This document shows, piece after piece, positions 20,772 to 33,798 of a DNA stretch of 34,766 nt. Source of the DNA: Squatina squatina. Taxonomy: Eukaryota. Under the pieces are notes generated by a model. That model saw nothing but the letters and a program-made list of their open reading frames with translations. It was not told the DNA's origin and searched no databases. Position 1 is the first letter of the stretch. Each line of letters opens with the position of its first letter. The position numbers and the translations under genes are program-made. The DNA is taken from positions 173,569 to 208,334 of the forward strand of contig JARFOE010000004.1 of assembly GCA_031763465.1 (NCBI GenBank). The letters are read 5' to 3'.

Positions 20772-21586
20772 TGGGTCGCAGATCAGCCACGATCTCATTG
20801 AATGGTAGAATGGGCTCCAGGGACCGGATGGCCGACTCCTGCTTCTATGTTCCTAACAGCTTTATCAACTTGTCTTGCCACATCAAAGATTTGTGTCTGT
20901 ACACCCCCTTAAAAATTGTACAGATTAGCTTATATTGCCTCTCTTCGTTCATTCTTCCAAAATACGTCCCTTCACTGCGTTGAAGTTCATCTGCCATATG
21001 TCTGCCCAATTCACCAGTCTGTTTATGTCCTCCTGAAGTCTGTTACTATCTTCCTCGCTATTTTATATTTGAGTTGTCATCTGCAAACTTTGAAATTATG
21101 CTCTGTATACCCAAGTCCAGTTCATTTGTATATATTAAAGAGCAGTGGTCCTAATATCAATCCCTGGTGACACACCATTGTATGCTTGCCTCCAGTCCAG
21201 AAAACAACCGTTTAAATTAATTTGGCTGGGGAACGGGCACCAGGATGTAGCAGTAGAAAGGAGGAACAAAGTGCAAAAAGGAGTGGGAGAGACAGATGGC
21301 ACTAGACTAAGAAATAGTATGGTTTTAGATGGGGTCAGTCCAAGAGAGGATACAAGAAGGTCTAATATAGGTTTCTAGTGCATGTGTGTAAACGCATGAA
21401 GTGTGGTAAATAAGATTGGTGAGCTGCAGGTGCAAATAGCCACATGGGAATATGATGTTGTGATGATAAGAGACCTAGCTCAAAAAAGGGCAGGATTGGA
21501 TATTAAATATTCCTGGATACAAGGTGTTCAGGAAAGAGGAGAGAAAGGAGGTGGGGTAATAGTATTCATTGAGGAGAATATTACAC
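20772..21586. mobile_element. Cluster of CR1 fragments (tail +, RT -, endonuclease start +)
   Basis: VNA*SVVNKIGELQVQIATWEYDVV is the CR1 ORF2 N-terminus; gttgtcatctgcaaactt is the reverse of KFADDN. Confidence 0.75.
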
Positions 21587-21705
21587 NNNNNNNNNNNNNN
21601 NNNNNNNNNNNNNNNNNNNNNNNNNNNNNNNNNNNNNNNNNNNNNNNNNNNNNNNNNNNNNNNNNNNNNNNNNNNNNNNNNNNNNNCTGCATGCTTGTTT
21701 GACAG

Positions 21706-21993
21706 GAGGGAGTGTACATCTACGGCCTTTACCTGGACGGAGCAGGTTGGGACAGGAGAAATACCCGACTGACCGAATCTACTGCCAAGGTTCTCTTTAC
21801 AATGCTACCCGTCATCTATATATTTGCCATCAATTCCACTGCACCCAAGGATCCCAAACTATACATCTGTCCAGTCTATAAGAAACCGCAACGCACAGAC
21901 CTGACGTTCATCACCACCTTCTGTCTGAAAACAAACCAGCCACCTGACCACTGGATCCTGAGAGGGGCAGCCCTGCTCTGTGATGTCAAGTAA
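21706..21993 (+). CDS. DNAH8: DNAH8-like terminal coding exon (series A)
   Basis: tttgacAG|GAGGGAGTG; [19 protein letters not shown]...[12 protein letters not shown]...[16 protein letters not shown]-stop is the canonical dynein C-terminus. AATAAA follows at 22150-22155. Confidence 0.92.
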   Translation, partial: EGVYIYGLYLDGAGWDRRNTRLTESTAKVLFTMLPVIYIFAINSTAPKDPKLYICPVYKKPQRTDLTFITTFCLKTNQPPDHWILRGAALLCDVK

Positions 21994-22852
21994 AACAACG
22001 GTCGTTTGAGTTGGGTGGGGAATGGGTTTTAACAGTAATTTGGCTGAATTTAGATTTCAATGCATTAACGCCATGTGTTTATCTATCTCTGCCAGTCTGA
22101 ATAAGAAAAATGTTCACCAATACAAAGGCAATCTGTTCTTTTACTCTTTAATAAATTCATTGAAGGTCTTGAGCTGGTATCACACAGTATCTTATTCTTC
22201 AACATTACACAACTCATTTATTTCACTGACTGTAAGCAGGACAACAGAATAAATATTGGCCAGGACACCGGGGAGAACGAGCCTGCTCTTCTTCAAAATA
22301 GTGTCATGGAATCTTTTACTAAAGTGTCAGATTGGATTATACGCACAAGTCTCTGAACCCACACCTTATTAGTCAGATGCGAGAGTGCTCCCATTGAGTA
22401 ATGCTACCACCTGTACTACTGGTGGGACAGGACATACCCAAGGATGATAATGGAGGAGTCTGGGATGTTGGCTCAAAATATGGCTGATTACAACATTGCT
22501 CGGCTGTTGTTTGAGTGGCCTTGGAGGGCGCTCTCAGCGTGGGCAGCCGCNNNNNNNNNNNNNNNNNNNNNNNNNNNNNNNNNNNNNNNNNNNNNNNNNN
22601 NNNNNNNNNNNNNNNNNNNNNNNNNNNNNNNNNNNNNNNNNNNNNNNNNNAATCTGTCAATTAGAGGCCTGTCAGTTTAATGTCGGTAGTTGGGAACCTG
22701 TTAGAAAATGTAAAAACTTCAGACTATAAAATATTATTTTTTTATTATAACATTCATCTTCAGTAAATTATGCTTTTTAAAAATATAGCATCTGAAAACA
22801 TTTTGTGGCTTCAATTGAAATGTATAATTTATTTCTGATAATTTCTACATAG

Positions 22853-22979
22853 AAATTTATGGACAGTAATCCCAGTCTGTATGAACTTCGAACAGAAATA
22901 GGGTACTATGCTGCTTTTCAACAAGAGATTGAAGAAATCAGCTCCACCATTACAGTAGATTTTATTGAACTGGACACAG
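22853..22979 (+). CDS. DNAH8: DNAH8-like tail exon (series B; not in the ORF track)
   Basis: ctacatAG|AAATTT...GACACAG|GTAGGA; KFMDSNPSLYELRTEIGYYAAFQQEIEEISSTITVDFIELDT aligns with recalled DNAH8 EFLANNPSLTEIRSEILHYATFEQEIDELKPIIVVGALELHT. Confidence 0.82.
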
Positions 22980-24154
22980 GTAGGAGCTAAAGTAGCTAAA
23001 GATGCTTCTTTATTCATTCAAAATGCACATGAAAATTGCCATTGTCTCATCCATGACTGGAAGGCAAAAAAAACCACCTGGGCCACAGTCCCCCAGTTTG
23101 CTGTGTAACTGCATGTTTCTGAGACAGGCTTTCAGTTCTTTCTCATTTGTTTTCAGAAGTATATTGAGGTCAGTTGTTTCCCACAACAATGAAAAATTCA
23201 ATGATTATTTCCTAATTTCCATTTCTTAGTTCAGCAATATTGAGTCCCCATGTAGAGGGAAAGTCTTATTGTCTTCTGATTTTAGCCCTCTTTCTTTCTT
23301 TTCCTTCCCTCACCTGCACAATTTTTCTGTTGTCATTTGTTTATGAATGAGTGAATTTTTCATGGTATCAATTGTTACACAAAAAAAATTCCAATATTTG
23401 TTTTGGTTCAAAAGTGATGTAATTCTGGCAGAGGGGACAAGTTTTTAGGGTGAANNNNNNNNNNNNNNNNNNNNNNNNNNNNNNNNNNNNNNNNNNNNNN
23501 NNNNNNNNNNNNNNNNNNNNNNNNNNNNNNNNNNNNNNNNNNNNNNNNNNNNNNAGCCTATGGCTGAATCAGTCAGGCGCTCTGGCCACCCAGTAGTAGC
23601 CCCTTTACAGGATGGCATCAGCCAGATCAGGAGTGGAAGTGGGGTGGCAAGTTTTTTCCCACCATTTTAGGGCACTGTTGTGCCATTTCTGCTGAGCAGA
23701 TGCAGCCAAACTCTCCCCCAGTGAAATTTTCTGTTACCCAGTGTTAAAATTGCGTGATATTACTACATAACGCAATGCCATATTCCTCCATCATAAAGCT
23801 GATATACTTCTCATAAAATACTCTTTATCATGTTTCATGACATTAATTTCAGTTTCAAGGAAGGAAATAATTTGCATTTATAAAATGCCTTATGAAGTCC
23901 TCAGTGCTTTAGAACTAATGTATTACTTTCTGAAAAGCAGTCACTGTTGCATAAACAAGTAGTTTCATTTTCAAGACAATTCACTATTTTGTGTGTTTAT
24001 CTCACTAAATGTAAGGCAATAAATCAGTGTGGATGATATTTGTTACAATATCTGAATCCTTTGATTGCTGCCTTGAAGTTCATTTAGAGGTGTGCATTAC
24101 CCTTTCTACATATGTAGACAATTCTGTGAACATTATATTATTATGTTGTTTTAG

Positions 24155-24217
24155 GAAGGCCCCATGGTTCCTGGTATTGCGCCTGCAGAAGCCAGCACCA
24201 GATTACAGATCTTTCAG
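24155..24217 (+). CDS. DNAH8: DNAH8-like 63-nt exon (series B)
   Basis: gttttAG|GAAGGC...TTTCAG|GTAACA; EGPMVPGIAPAEASTRLQIFQ versus DNAH8 GPMVPNIPPQEASNRLQIFQ. Confidence 0.85.
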
Positions 24218-24565
24218 GTAACAGTTGAAGATAGTGGGGTCCCAATTGTTCTGCGCTGTGTTTGAAACTAAAGGTGACCAAAAGGGGTGTTTTTGCGCTG
24301 TTTTGCGCTGATGTTTTAAGTAGCAGTATTGGTGTCTTTAAGTTTTTTCGGGCGGGCGCTAATTGTTACAGATTCAACACTCATTGAGCTACACTGATTT
24401 CAGCCGTCCAATTCAGCAAGCAATCTAAACAGCCTCAATCATGTGACAGGCCACCTCAGCCCTCANNNNNNNNNNNNNNNNNNNNNNNNNNNNNNNNNNN
24501 NNNNNNNNNNNNNNNNNNNNNNNNNNNNNNNNNNNNNNNNNNNNNNNNNNNNNNNNNNNNNNNNN

Positions 24566-24960
24566 TACCGATGTCAGGCTAACTGGTCTATAATTCCCTG
24601 TTTTCTCTCCCTCCTTTTTTAAAAAGTGGGGTTACATTAGCTGCCCTCCAATCCACAGGAACTGATCCAGAATCTCGAGAATTTTGGAAAGTTTTAATTT
24701 TGGAAGGTAGTAACCCAGAGATTATTACCTAGAGGTTTGGCTTATTAATTTATTCCCTCAATCTTCCTCAGCACAACCTCCTTCTCAGTTCTACCTATGT
24801 CATTGGTTCCTAGTCTCCACTCCGACTCTAATTCTTCTGCAGCTGTGAGGAGATATCCCTAACCCGGGCATCGGGTAGGCAACACAACCTCTGGAAATCC
24901 CTGTCACTGCAGAGAATGATGTTTATTCCCCTGACTATAATATCACCCACTACTCTTACC
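24566..24960 (-). mobile_element. CR1 RT fragment plus CR1 ORF1 esterase fragment
   Basis: Minus strand reads NYRPVSLTSV and a degenerate G.IVRG...CCLPDARVRDI. Confidence 0.7.
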
Positions 24961-26426
24961 TCCTATTCTTGCAGTCTGTCTAACTCTTACTCCTGAGTAG
25001 GCTCTTGCTCCACAGTGTAATTGCTTGCATTATTTCCAAATATCTTCTAACTTTATGACTAATTCTCTATATGCACTTGGTGGAGTTCTTACATTGTTAC
25101 TTGTATGCTCCAGGCTCGAAGTCATACAAACTGAGAATAGCCTGTTTCACAGTCCATCAGATCAACATGAAAAAAGGTGCAAGTGTATTATTGCTCACCG
25201 ACGGTATTAAACATTTGCTACATCACAACTGAATTTCAAATAGTACTTTGTTGGCAGTAAAACATTTTCAGATGTCCTGGTCATGAAAGGCACCATATAA
25301 ATGCAAGTTCTTTCTTTCAAGCTCCTTTATTCCAATTTATGGTGGTTTGCCAATTGTTAAAAAGATTTAATTCAAAGTCTTTGAAATTTTGAATTGAATT
25401 AAATTTAACAAAATGAATCCCAGCTAAAGGTAACAGAATGTGGGCCTTTATAAATGTTGAGGACTCCCAGGGCCACTCCCTCCCTCCCTCCCAACTGTAT
25501 ACCATTGTGCCTTNNNNNNNNNNNNNNNNNNNNNNNNNNNNNNNNNNNNNNNNNNNNNNNNNNNNNNNNNNNNNNNNNNNNNNNNNNNNNNNNNNNNNNN
25601 NNNNNNNNNNNNNTTTAAATAATTAAGCTTTACCAAATAGCTGTGTTGTGCTAGGTCCAAAGTATATGCAGAATGGGATGAAAAGGGTGATCCCTGCAGT
25701 TACGTTGGACTCGTGCCTGCCACTGACCCTGCTGATATTCGTGAGGTCACAGTGTGTAGCCTGCAGGAGTGGGCCTTCACTGGTGTGGGAGCACATCTGC
25801 TGGCCAGCCCACGGGTGTTGGTTTCTCCCCGCCTCTGAAGAACAATCTGGATATCTGGATGGCCCCCTTCAAACACACCCCAACGCTTTTAGGCATCCAT
25901 ATCTTCGGGAGTCCTGACCCCACCCTGAACCTCCAGGTGGGCCCTATTTCTGCTGGAATTGGGCAGGATGCTAGGAGAAACCAGGGATACAAGCGCCCAT
26001 TGTATAACGGGTCCAAACTGAGGGCTGACTGGGACAAGGAAATTCCTATATTATGAGTCGCTGCCCACCGGCTCCGTACCCCTTACGTCAGTGATTATTT
26101 TTAGGGGTGGAGGCTTCACCGAGACTTCCAGAAGCCAGAGAAACTCACACCTAAGGCTGGGCCCCGATTTTTCCAGGTCCTGACCAAGTTTGCGGTCTTT
26201 CAAGTGGACTCCGACTGGAACAGCCACACAATTTCAGGACTATGTTTGGAATTGCAGCACAGAAGCCCACTCAGTCCAACGTGTTTGTGACTGATCCATG
26301 CCGGCTCCTCAACAAGAGCTGTCCACTCCAATTCCATTTACTGCTCTAACTAGAGAAATATTTTTTTAAAAGGTGCCTTTAATCCACTTGTATTTGGTTA
26401 CGGACATCTGGAATTGTTCTTTGCAG

Positions 26427-26580
26427 GTATAATGCTTATTATAAGAAGGATATTCAGATCTGGGTGCACAATCTGACAGCATGTACAACTATAATAGAAC
26501 AGTGGCTTTTAGTACAAAATTTGTGGATTTATCTGGAGGCTGTCTTTGTTGGAGGGGATATTGCCAAACAACTGCCACAG
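26427..26580 (+). CDS. DNAH8: DNAH8-like linker (DHC_N2) exon (series B)
   Basis: ctttgcAG|GTATAAT...CCACAG|GTAATT; encodes [13 protein letters not shown]...[30 protein letters not shown]. Confidence 0.92.
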
Positions 26581-27365
26581 GTAATTTATCCCATTAACCT
26601 CGATACTCAAAACGTTTATATCAGCTAGCTTCACATTTCTTGGTCACTGTTTTAATTCTAGCACAGATCAATTGGAAAGAAACAGGTCTAGAAATGTGTT
26701 GGCACCAAACCCGTTTTATAGGTGTTTGCTTGTACTGCACTGCTTTTGGCTGCTTTCAAATCAGTTTCACTGCAGTAATCAATGCTGTGGTAGGGCTCCC
26801 TTTGGGACTGGAGGACAAGAGGGAGCAGCCAACAAGACAGAAGAGAGCAGGAGCAGCTGGGACAAGAGGGAGAAGNNNNNNNNNNNNNNNNNNNNNNNNN
26901 NNNNNNNNNNNNNNNNNNNNNNNNNNNNNNNNNNNNNNNNNNNNNNNNNNNNNNNNNNNNNNNNNNNNNNNNNNNAAGCAGTGCTTGTGTCAGCAGAACG
27001 ATCCCCTTTAAGGGCTGAGGTGGGCTGAGACCTGATAGCAGCTCCTTACATCAGACCAAGAATTGGGCAGCTGAAAAAACCTAAGAGTCAATAGTTCCAT
27101 TAGCGCTGGTTTTGAACAGAGGTTTTGTTTTGTGATGCCAAGAAATTTTCTAAGATGCCAATGCCCTGACTTAAAGGGATGGCTCTATTAGGGCACTAGA
27201 ATCACGCCTATTGGCCCCATATAGTCAGTAGCTATAAAAATGCCAATTGGGCGCCCACTGTCTTTTTGCTGATGGAGGGTTCTTGATTGAAAAAGTGCAG
27301 TAAACTTTTTCCTTTAAAGTAGTTCATTCAACAATTTTATTTCTTGTGAAATTAATTGCTTCTAG

Positions 27366-27500
27366 GTTCATTACGACTTTGGCTTGAGGAACATTCTTTC
27401 TGTACTGAGGACATTGGGAGCTCAGAAGAGAGCACGGCCAGAAGACAGTGAGCCAACAATTGTCATGAGAGTTCTGAGAGACATGAATCTGTCTAAACTG
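27366..27500 (+). CDS. DNAH8: DNAH8-like AAA1 lid exon (series B)
   Basis: cttctAG|GTTCAT...AAACTG|GTAAGT; encodes [45 protein letters not shown]. Confidence 0.92.
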
Positions 27501-27584
27501 GTAAGTAAAATTGGCAGACTATTTCATTCATGTGCTTTAAATATTGAAATGGCTGTGATATTCTACCAACATAGGTTTCAGAGG

Positions 27585-28083
27585 ACAGAACATAAGAACA
27601 TACGAAATAGGTGCAGGAGAAGGCCATTCGGCCCCTCGAGTCTTCTCCGGCTGTTCATGACTGATTTGATCTTGGTCTCAACTCCACTTTCCTGCCTGTT
27701 CCCCATAACTCTTGATTACCCTGTAGTTAAAAACTCTGTCTATCTCAGCCTGGAATATATTCAATGACTCAACCTCCACAGCTCTCTGGGCTAAAGGATT
27801 CCAAAGATTCACGACTGCCTGAGAGAAGAAATTCCTCCCTATCTCCATCTTAAATGGGTGACCCTTTATTCTAAAACTATGTCCCCTAGTTCTAGATTCC
27901 CCCATAACATCCTTTCAGCATCTACCCTGTCAAGCCCCCCCAGAATCTTATGTTTCAATAAGATCACCTCTCATTCTTCTAAACTCCAATGAGATAGGCC
28001 CAACCTGCTCAATCTTTCCTCACAAGACAACTTCGCCATCCCAGGAATCAATCTGGTGAACCTTCTCTGACCTGCGTACAATG
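27585..28083 (-). mobile_element. CR1 LINE 3' end
   Basis: QRRFTRLIPGM and SRTRGHSFRIKGHPFKMEIGRNFFSQAVVNLWN, followed by the tail. Confidence 0.9.
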
Positions 28084-28670
28084 NNNNNNNNNNNNNNNNN
28101 NNNNNNNNNNNNNNNNNNNNNNNNNNNNNNNNNNNNNNNNNNNNNNNNNNNNNNNNNNNNNNNNNNNNNNNNNNNNNNNNNNNATATTGGGGCCTCCTGC
28201 TGGGACTGTCACCACCAGAATGGCATTGCATGGTAAGTTTAGCATTGCACTAACATTTATTATCCACCTGCGCCATTTTACCAGTCCTGCCAGCTCTGTC
28301 AATTTTAACAGCAGCCTGCGGAGGCACTGGTAGATTTTTAACGATGTTGAATTTCTAGGCCGATATATCTTTTTTTTAAATGTACTTTTTGTTGCTGGTC
28401 ACTGCTTAGGCCACAGTGACTGCTGAAGAATCTTGAGCAGTGCAGGCCTGGAGCCTAAAACCTGGGCAGCCACCTTGTAGAAAATAAGTAAATTAAATTT
28501 TCTCGCTCTATGTCCTGAATTGTAAGTGTATTTTCAAAAGGCAAATGCTGTGATAGGGCAGTTGTAGGTTGCTATGGAAGGATGAGCGATATTGGCCTAA
28601 TGGGATTTTGGATTATCTTTATGATGTTATCTTTGTGATATTCTAACGGTTGTAACTGAATGTGTTCCAG

Positions 28671-28793
28671 GTCCCAAGCTATGAATTCCTGACTGAAAAA
28701 CTGCAGTTTTATCAGACGCAACATAATGAAGGTGTCCGATCAGGTTTTTTTGATCTCGTCTTCTTCAAGGATGCAATGACACACCTGATCAAA
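28671..28793 (+). CDS. DNAH8: DNAH8-like exon at start of AAA4 (series B; not in the ORF track)
   Basis: gttccAG|GTCCCA...ATCAAA|GTGAGA; encodes VPSYEFLTEKLQFYQTQHNEGVRSGFFDLVFFKDAMTHLIK. Confidence 0.88.
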
Positions 28794-29847
28794 GTGAGAT
28801 TTTAAAATTCTAACTATATATTCTAATCATATATATGCTTTCAAAAATTATCACATCTAAGCATTTCATGGAGGAAATTCAGGGCAGCAAAGAATTAAAC
28901 ATGAAGTTCCATAAATATTTACATTTCAGAATCTTATGTAGGTATTCCCAATCTTATTTAAATCTAGTCATCCTTTCAAACACATTGATTTTGTAGCCAG
29001 CTTTGGGAATTACAAGTACATAGAACATAGAAAATACAGCACATAACAGGCCCTTCGGCCCACGATGTTGTGCCGAACCTTTGTCCCAGANNNNNNNNNN
29101 NNNNNNNNNNNNNNNNNNNNNNNNNNNNNNNNNNNNNNNNNNNNNNNNNNNNNNNNNNNNNNNNNNNNNNNNNNNNNNNNNNNNNNNNNNTCATATTATG
29201 ATCATTCTTCCCCAAGGGGCCTCGCTCAACAAGATTTACATTGTAACTTTGATGTCAAGCAGCTTATGTCCTGCACAAGTAAAAGCAATTGTCCTTCGCC
29301 ACCCCGCACGTATTGGTTCAAACGGTAATCTGTCTACAACCATGAAGGGATTCATTTTATATGAAGTTGTTGCTTATGTATTTTTGACCACACAGTAACC
29401 CCTCTTTTTGGCTGGCAGGTGACAAAGGTTTGTCCTTGGTTGTGGTCTTTGTCCAGAACAGCCTCCTCAGGCTGCTGTCCTTGCTGCCCAGGATCACATT
29501 TCCTGTCTCCCTCTGGGTCCATTAGATTCAGTCCTTTTCTGATGGTGAAATTATGGAGCTTACAGCAGATCACAATGATTCTGGAGGCCCTGGTAAGACT
29601 ATACTGGAGTGGTGTACCCCCTTACCAATCACTGCACCTGAAGTGAGTCTTGGTCCCACGCTCTGGAATTCTCCTTAATTCCCTTCACCTCTCCATCTAA
29701 AACCCACCTCTTTAACCAAGGTTTTGGACAACTATCCCAATCTCTCCTTCATTGGCTGTGAAGCACCTTGGGATGTTTTTCAATGTTCAAGGTACATGCA
29801 ATTAGTTGCCGTTATTGTAATATGTGTCTTTTTATTGCTTTTTTCAG

Positions 29848-30001
29848 GGCGTACAATGTCAGCAATTTGATGGATGACTTGAAGATACTGTACAGAACAG
29901 CTGGGGCAGAGGGAAAAGGAATCACTTTCATATTCACTGATAATGACATAAAGGAAGAGTCATTTCTTGAGTATCTCAACAATGTACTGTCGTCTGGAGA
30001 G
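29848..30001 (+). CDS. DNAH8: DNAH8-like AAA4 exon (series B)
   Basis: ttttcAG|GGCGTAC...GGAGAG|GTACCT; encodes [51 protein letters not shown]. Confidence 0.92.
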
Positions 30002-30559
30002 GTACCTAGTTACTTAGATTTTGTATAGCAACAGCTCTGTTCTTCATAATTCTCTATACCTGTCTCCTAATTCAATGTCCATCAACTATTTCCATCTCTA
30101 TGAATATTTGCTGTCATCTCCTGATATATGCTGCAGTTTCATCCTTAGGTAGATTTATATGACTGTATCATTTGTAATTATACATTGAGATATTAGCAAG
30201 CTGGAATATAAAAGAAAAGCTACTCCCCTGTCCTGAATCCCGGGATCAAGCGATTTATGTGATTGTTGTCAGGTTCGGAGCGCAGATGCCAAGTGCAACT
30301 GCTTGTTTATGCTGGGGAGGGGAGGAAAATTTGGCCAAAGGCAGAGCATTGACTGAACTGCAGGAATTCAAATCCTGCAACATGAAAAGGAGGCTTCACT
30401 CAAAGGCCAAGACTTTACTACGGAGGCTGAGGAATATATACACAGCTTGAGGTGCTTTGCAAATTTTTTGGAGGTGCTGCTGAGCCAGAACAATGGCAGA
30501 TGGAACTCAATGTGGGAAATGTAAGGCCATCCACTTGGATCGGAGAAAGACGAATCAGG

Positions 30560-31105
30560 ATGGTGAGAGCTACACCATGGATGTATGTTACACAGGGTGG
30601 GATGGATGGCAGCTGGAGGTCATGTGACGAAACCTTCCTATGTCCAAACAGAATTGGCAACCCTCTCTTTCAAAGACCCGGCACTGATATGGTGGACTGA
30701 ACGGCCTCCTTCTCAACTGTANNNNNNNNNNNNNNNNNNNNNNNNNNNNNNNNNNNNNNNNNNNNNNNNNNNNNNNNNNNNNNNNNNNNNNNNNNNNNNN
30801 NNNNNNNNNNNNNNNNNNNNNCAGACTACAACGGCAGGCAGAAGGTCTGCCCCATTGCCCTCCAACTGGATTGTGGGATTTCATAAAACTTGTTCTAATT
30901 ATTCTGTTTGTTTTCCAATTGCCGTGGGAATGCGGTTTGCTGCGAGGATTGTTGCATGACTAATGTCTGGAGCACTGGTGGTAGGAGGTCATGTGATGAA
31001 ACTTCCAGAATATTTCCAACTAGAGTTGGCAACCCTCTGTTTCAAAGAGTTGGCACGGGCACCTTGGGCGGAATGTCCTTCTGTACTGTATGAATGACTC
31101 TATGA
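30560..31105 (+). mobile_element. Two related MITE-end plus CR1-tail units
   Basis: ggaggtcatgtga.gaaac...ttggcaaccctct.tttcaaaga occurs at ~30615-30675 and ~30985-31050; TTGGCAACCCT looks like a terminal inverted repeat. Confidence 0.6.
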
Positions 31106-31491
31106 ACCCTATGCCGAACCCATCAGGGGCAATTAGACATATTTCCCAGGGTTGCCGGAGAATGGCCGATCACACCTCCAAAGTTGTTCAGTGATGTAAC
31201 TGGGGCAGGCATAAGAAGCGCACACACACCCCCAAACAGGAAATATTTACTTATCTTCAATGGTGCGGAAACCTAGTGGATCCAGTTTCTGTGAGCCCGG
31301 ATGTCCATTCAACCTAATTAAATCCACAGTATTCGCTATTTCAAGCATTATAATGTCTAAGTAAACATGGCATAATAACTGTAGCAGGAACAATAAATAT
31401 TTACCAATGACAATAAGGCATCTAAACAGATCAAAATTGCCGCTATTAACATGTTGCATATTTAAATTGCTATCCTGTTTTCCTTTGGTAG

Positions 31492-31656
31492 GTGTCAAAC
31501 TTATTTGCTCGGGATGAACTTGATGAGATTACTCAATCACTGATTGCAGCGATGAAGAAAGATGCACCTCGTATGCCTCCCACTTTTGACAATCTATATG
31601 AATATTTTATAAGAAGGGCCAAGACAAATCTGCATGTGGTCCTCTGCTTCTCTCCG
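31492..31656 (+). CDS. DNAH8: DNAH8-like AAA4 exon (series B)
   Basis: tttggtAG|GTGTCA...TCTCCG|GTCAGT; encodes [13 protein letters not shown]...[12 protein letters not shown]...[10 protein letters not shown] and directly continues the previous exon. Confidence 0.92.
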
Positions 31657-31943
31657 GTCAGTGCCTCACCAGTACTACAAATTGATAACCACAAAAATGT
31701 TGACTCACTATTGTTTTTAATTTGGCTATCGATATGCTGTGAAAGTGAGTGGGGGGCTTCTATTTGCTTTGTGATTGGTCCATGATAATCATATTGGTCA
31801 CATAACCGGGAGGGACCAATCAAATCCAACAATCAATAATGAATTGAATTCCATTTTTTTGAGGAGATCATGGGGGTTAGAATTCCCAGTCTCCGGTCTT
31901 TCCTTCAGCAGAAGATTGCAGAAACCCCGGAGAAATAGCATAA

Positions 31944-32104
31944 ATGGAAAGTAAGGAAGTTATGCTAAACCTGTATCGACCACACTTAGAGTACTACGTA
32001 CAGTTCTGGTTGCCATATTATAAAAAGGATATAGAAGCACTGGAGAGGGTGCAGAGAAGATTTACAAGGATGATACCAGAAATGCGAGGGTACACCTATG
32101 AGGA
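31944..32104 (+). mobile_element. CR1 RT C-terminal fragment
   Basis: [43 protein letters not shown]. Confidence 0.9.
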
Positions 32105-32239
32105 NNNNNNNNNNNNNNNNNNNNNNNNNNNNNNNNNNNNNNNNNNNNNNNNNNNNNNNNNNNNNNNNNNNNNNNNNNNNNNNNNNNNNNNNNNNNNNNN
32201 NNNNCGGACGACCCGGCCAGAAAGATGCTATCTAGGTTG

Positions 32240-32332
32240 CCTCCTCCCTTCTTTTTCCTCCTCCTCCTTCTCTTCTTATTCCTCTTCCTCCTCCTGCTCC
32301 TCCTCCTACTACTCCTCCCCCTCCTCATCATC
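32240..32332. repeat. (TCC/TTC)n low-complexity tract
   Basis: Read directly from the sequence. Confidence 0.85.
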
Positions 32333-32778
32333 TGTTCACCGTATAGCTGGTTGCAAGGGCTGTGCCCTCATGAAGGTTGAGGATAGTTAGCATGCAGCGT
32401 ACCACCAGGAAACTTTGTACTTGTTCTGCCGAGTAGTGCAGAGCTTCCCCAGAGTGGTCCAAACAGCAGAAGCGTTGTTTCAGCATGTGTTAGCACCCTC
32501 ACCAAAATGGCATTCAGCGCAATTTGTCTCACAAGTGTGTCCATGCACCGCGCATGCCATTTATAAACTCTAAGGGCACTGTTCGCGATCAAAAAATGGG
32601 CACTACAGATCCGAATTTTGCGCCGTGTTTTATTTAACTGTCACTGAGCAATTCAAGACTTGGGGCAACATGGATGACCTCAGTCCTATTTATGGTTTTT
32701 TCTAAGTTCTTAAGGACATTGAGACATACTGAAATTTCCTCAGCCTGGATAAACTGATTATTGTTTCTCATACCACAG

Positions 32779-32931
32779 GGTGGATGGGTTTTACTACAAA
32801 ACTGCCATTTAGGATTGGAATTCATGAATGAACTGTTGGAGACCTTGAGCACAAGTGAAAATGTGCATGAGTCTTTTCGAGTGTGGATCACCACCGAGCC
32901 ACATCCGAAGTTCTCCATCACACTGCTACAG
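32779..32931 (+). CDS. DNAH8: DNAH8-like AAA6 exon (series B)
   Basis: ccacAG|GGTGGA...CTACAG|GTTAGT; encodes [19 protein letters not shown]...[19 protein letters not shown]. Confidence 0.92.
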
Positions 32932-33798
32932 GTTAGTGTTTATGCTGCGTACTGACAGCAGATTGAGAAACAAGTGAAATGGACAGATTTCACAAGCCCC
33001 CTCCTGTTCCTTGTACTGCTCTGATCTGCCTCCAAGTTGGAGACTGATGGAGGAATTTGTTTTCCAAATGTTGTTTTCTTAGGCAATCCAAGATGCTTAT
33101 GTAGGTTGGACCCGACTGGTGGGGATCATATGCACCCTTCTGAAGGCATATCGGCCACAACTGCAATGGTGGGGTTTTTTCGAGGGCCAAAACTGAGGTT
33201 GAGGCAGAGTTAGAGGGGCAGTTTCCCAGTTTAAGGAGTCACTGCCCCGGCTACCATCTGCCGCAAGTTCCACCACTTACAAGTCAGTGCAGAAACTCCA
33301 GGAAACAGCAAAGACTTACAAACAAACGAACGTATGAACAATTACAGAGCAGTAAAGACCATCTGGTCCATTGAGCCTGTCTCACACAATTGCGATAGTT
33401 TTGTGCATCACAACATATCCACTCCACCCCACCCGAAACTATGTGATTTCTTGGGAGAGGCAAAAAAACAGATTAAAACAAAACAATCAAATTTGGGGAA
33501 AAAGCTCTGGGAAATTCCTCTCCAACCCATCTAGATAATTGAAACTAGTCTTGGAGATCACTCTGGCCCTGAATTGCATTCAGTCCCTATCTTCTGGGAG
33601 AGCTGCTCTCCACCCCAGCCAGAAACAGACCCAGGTCTCACTTGAAGGAATTCAGCAAATTAGCATCCACTGCATGAGACATAGAAACATAGCAACTTNN
33701 NNNNNNNNNNNNNNNNNNNNNNNNNNNNNNNNNNNNNNNNNNNNNNNNNNNNNNNNNNNNNNNNNNNNNNNNNNNNNNNNNNNNNNNNNNNNNNNNNN

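Noticed and set aside
25113-25175. AG...GT bounded segment (LEVIQTENSLFHSPSDQHEK)
   Set aside because: It does not match the dynein sequence expected between the flanking exons and the donor is weak.
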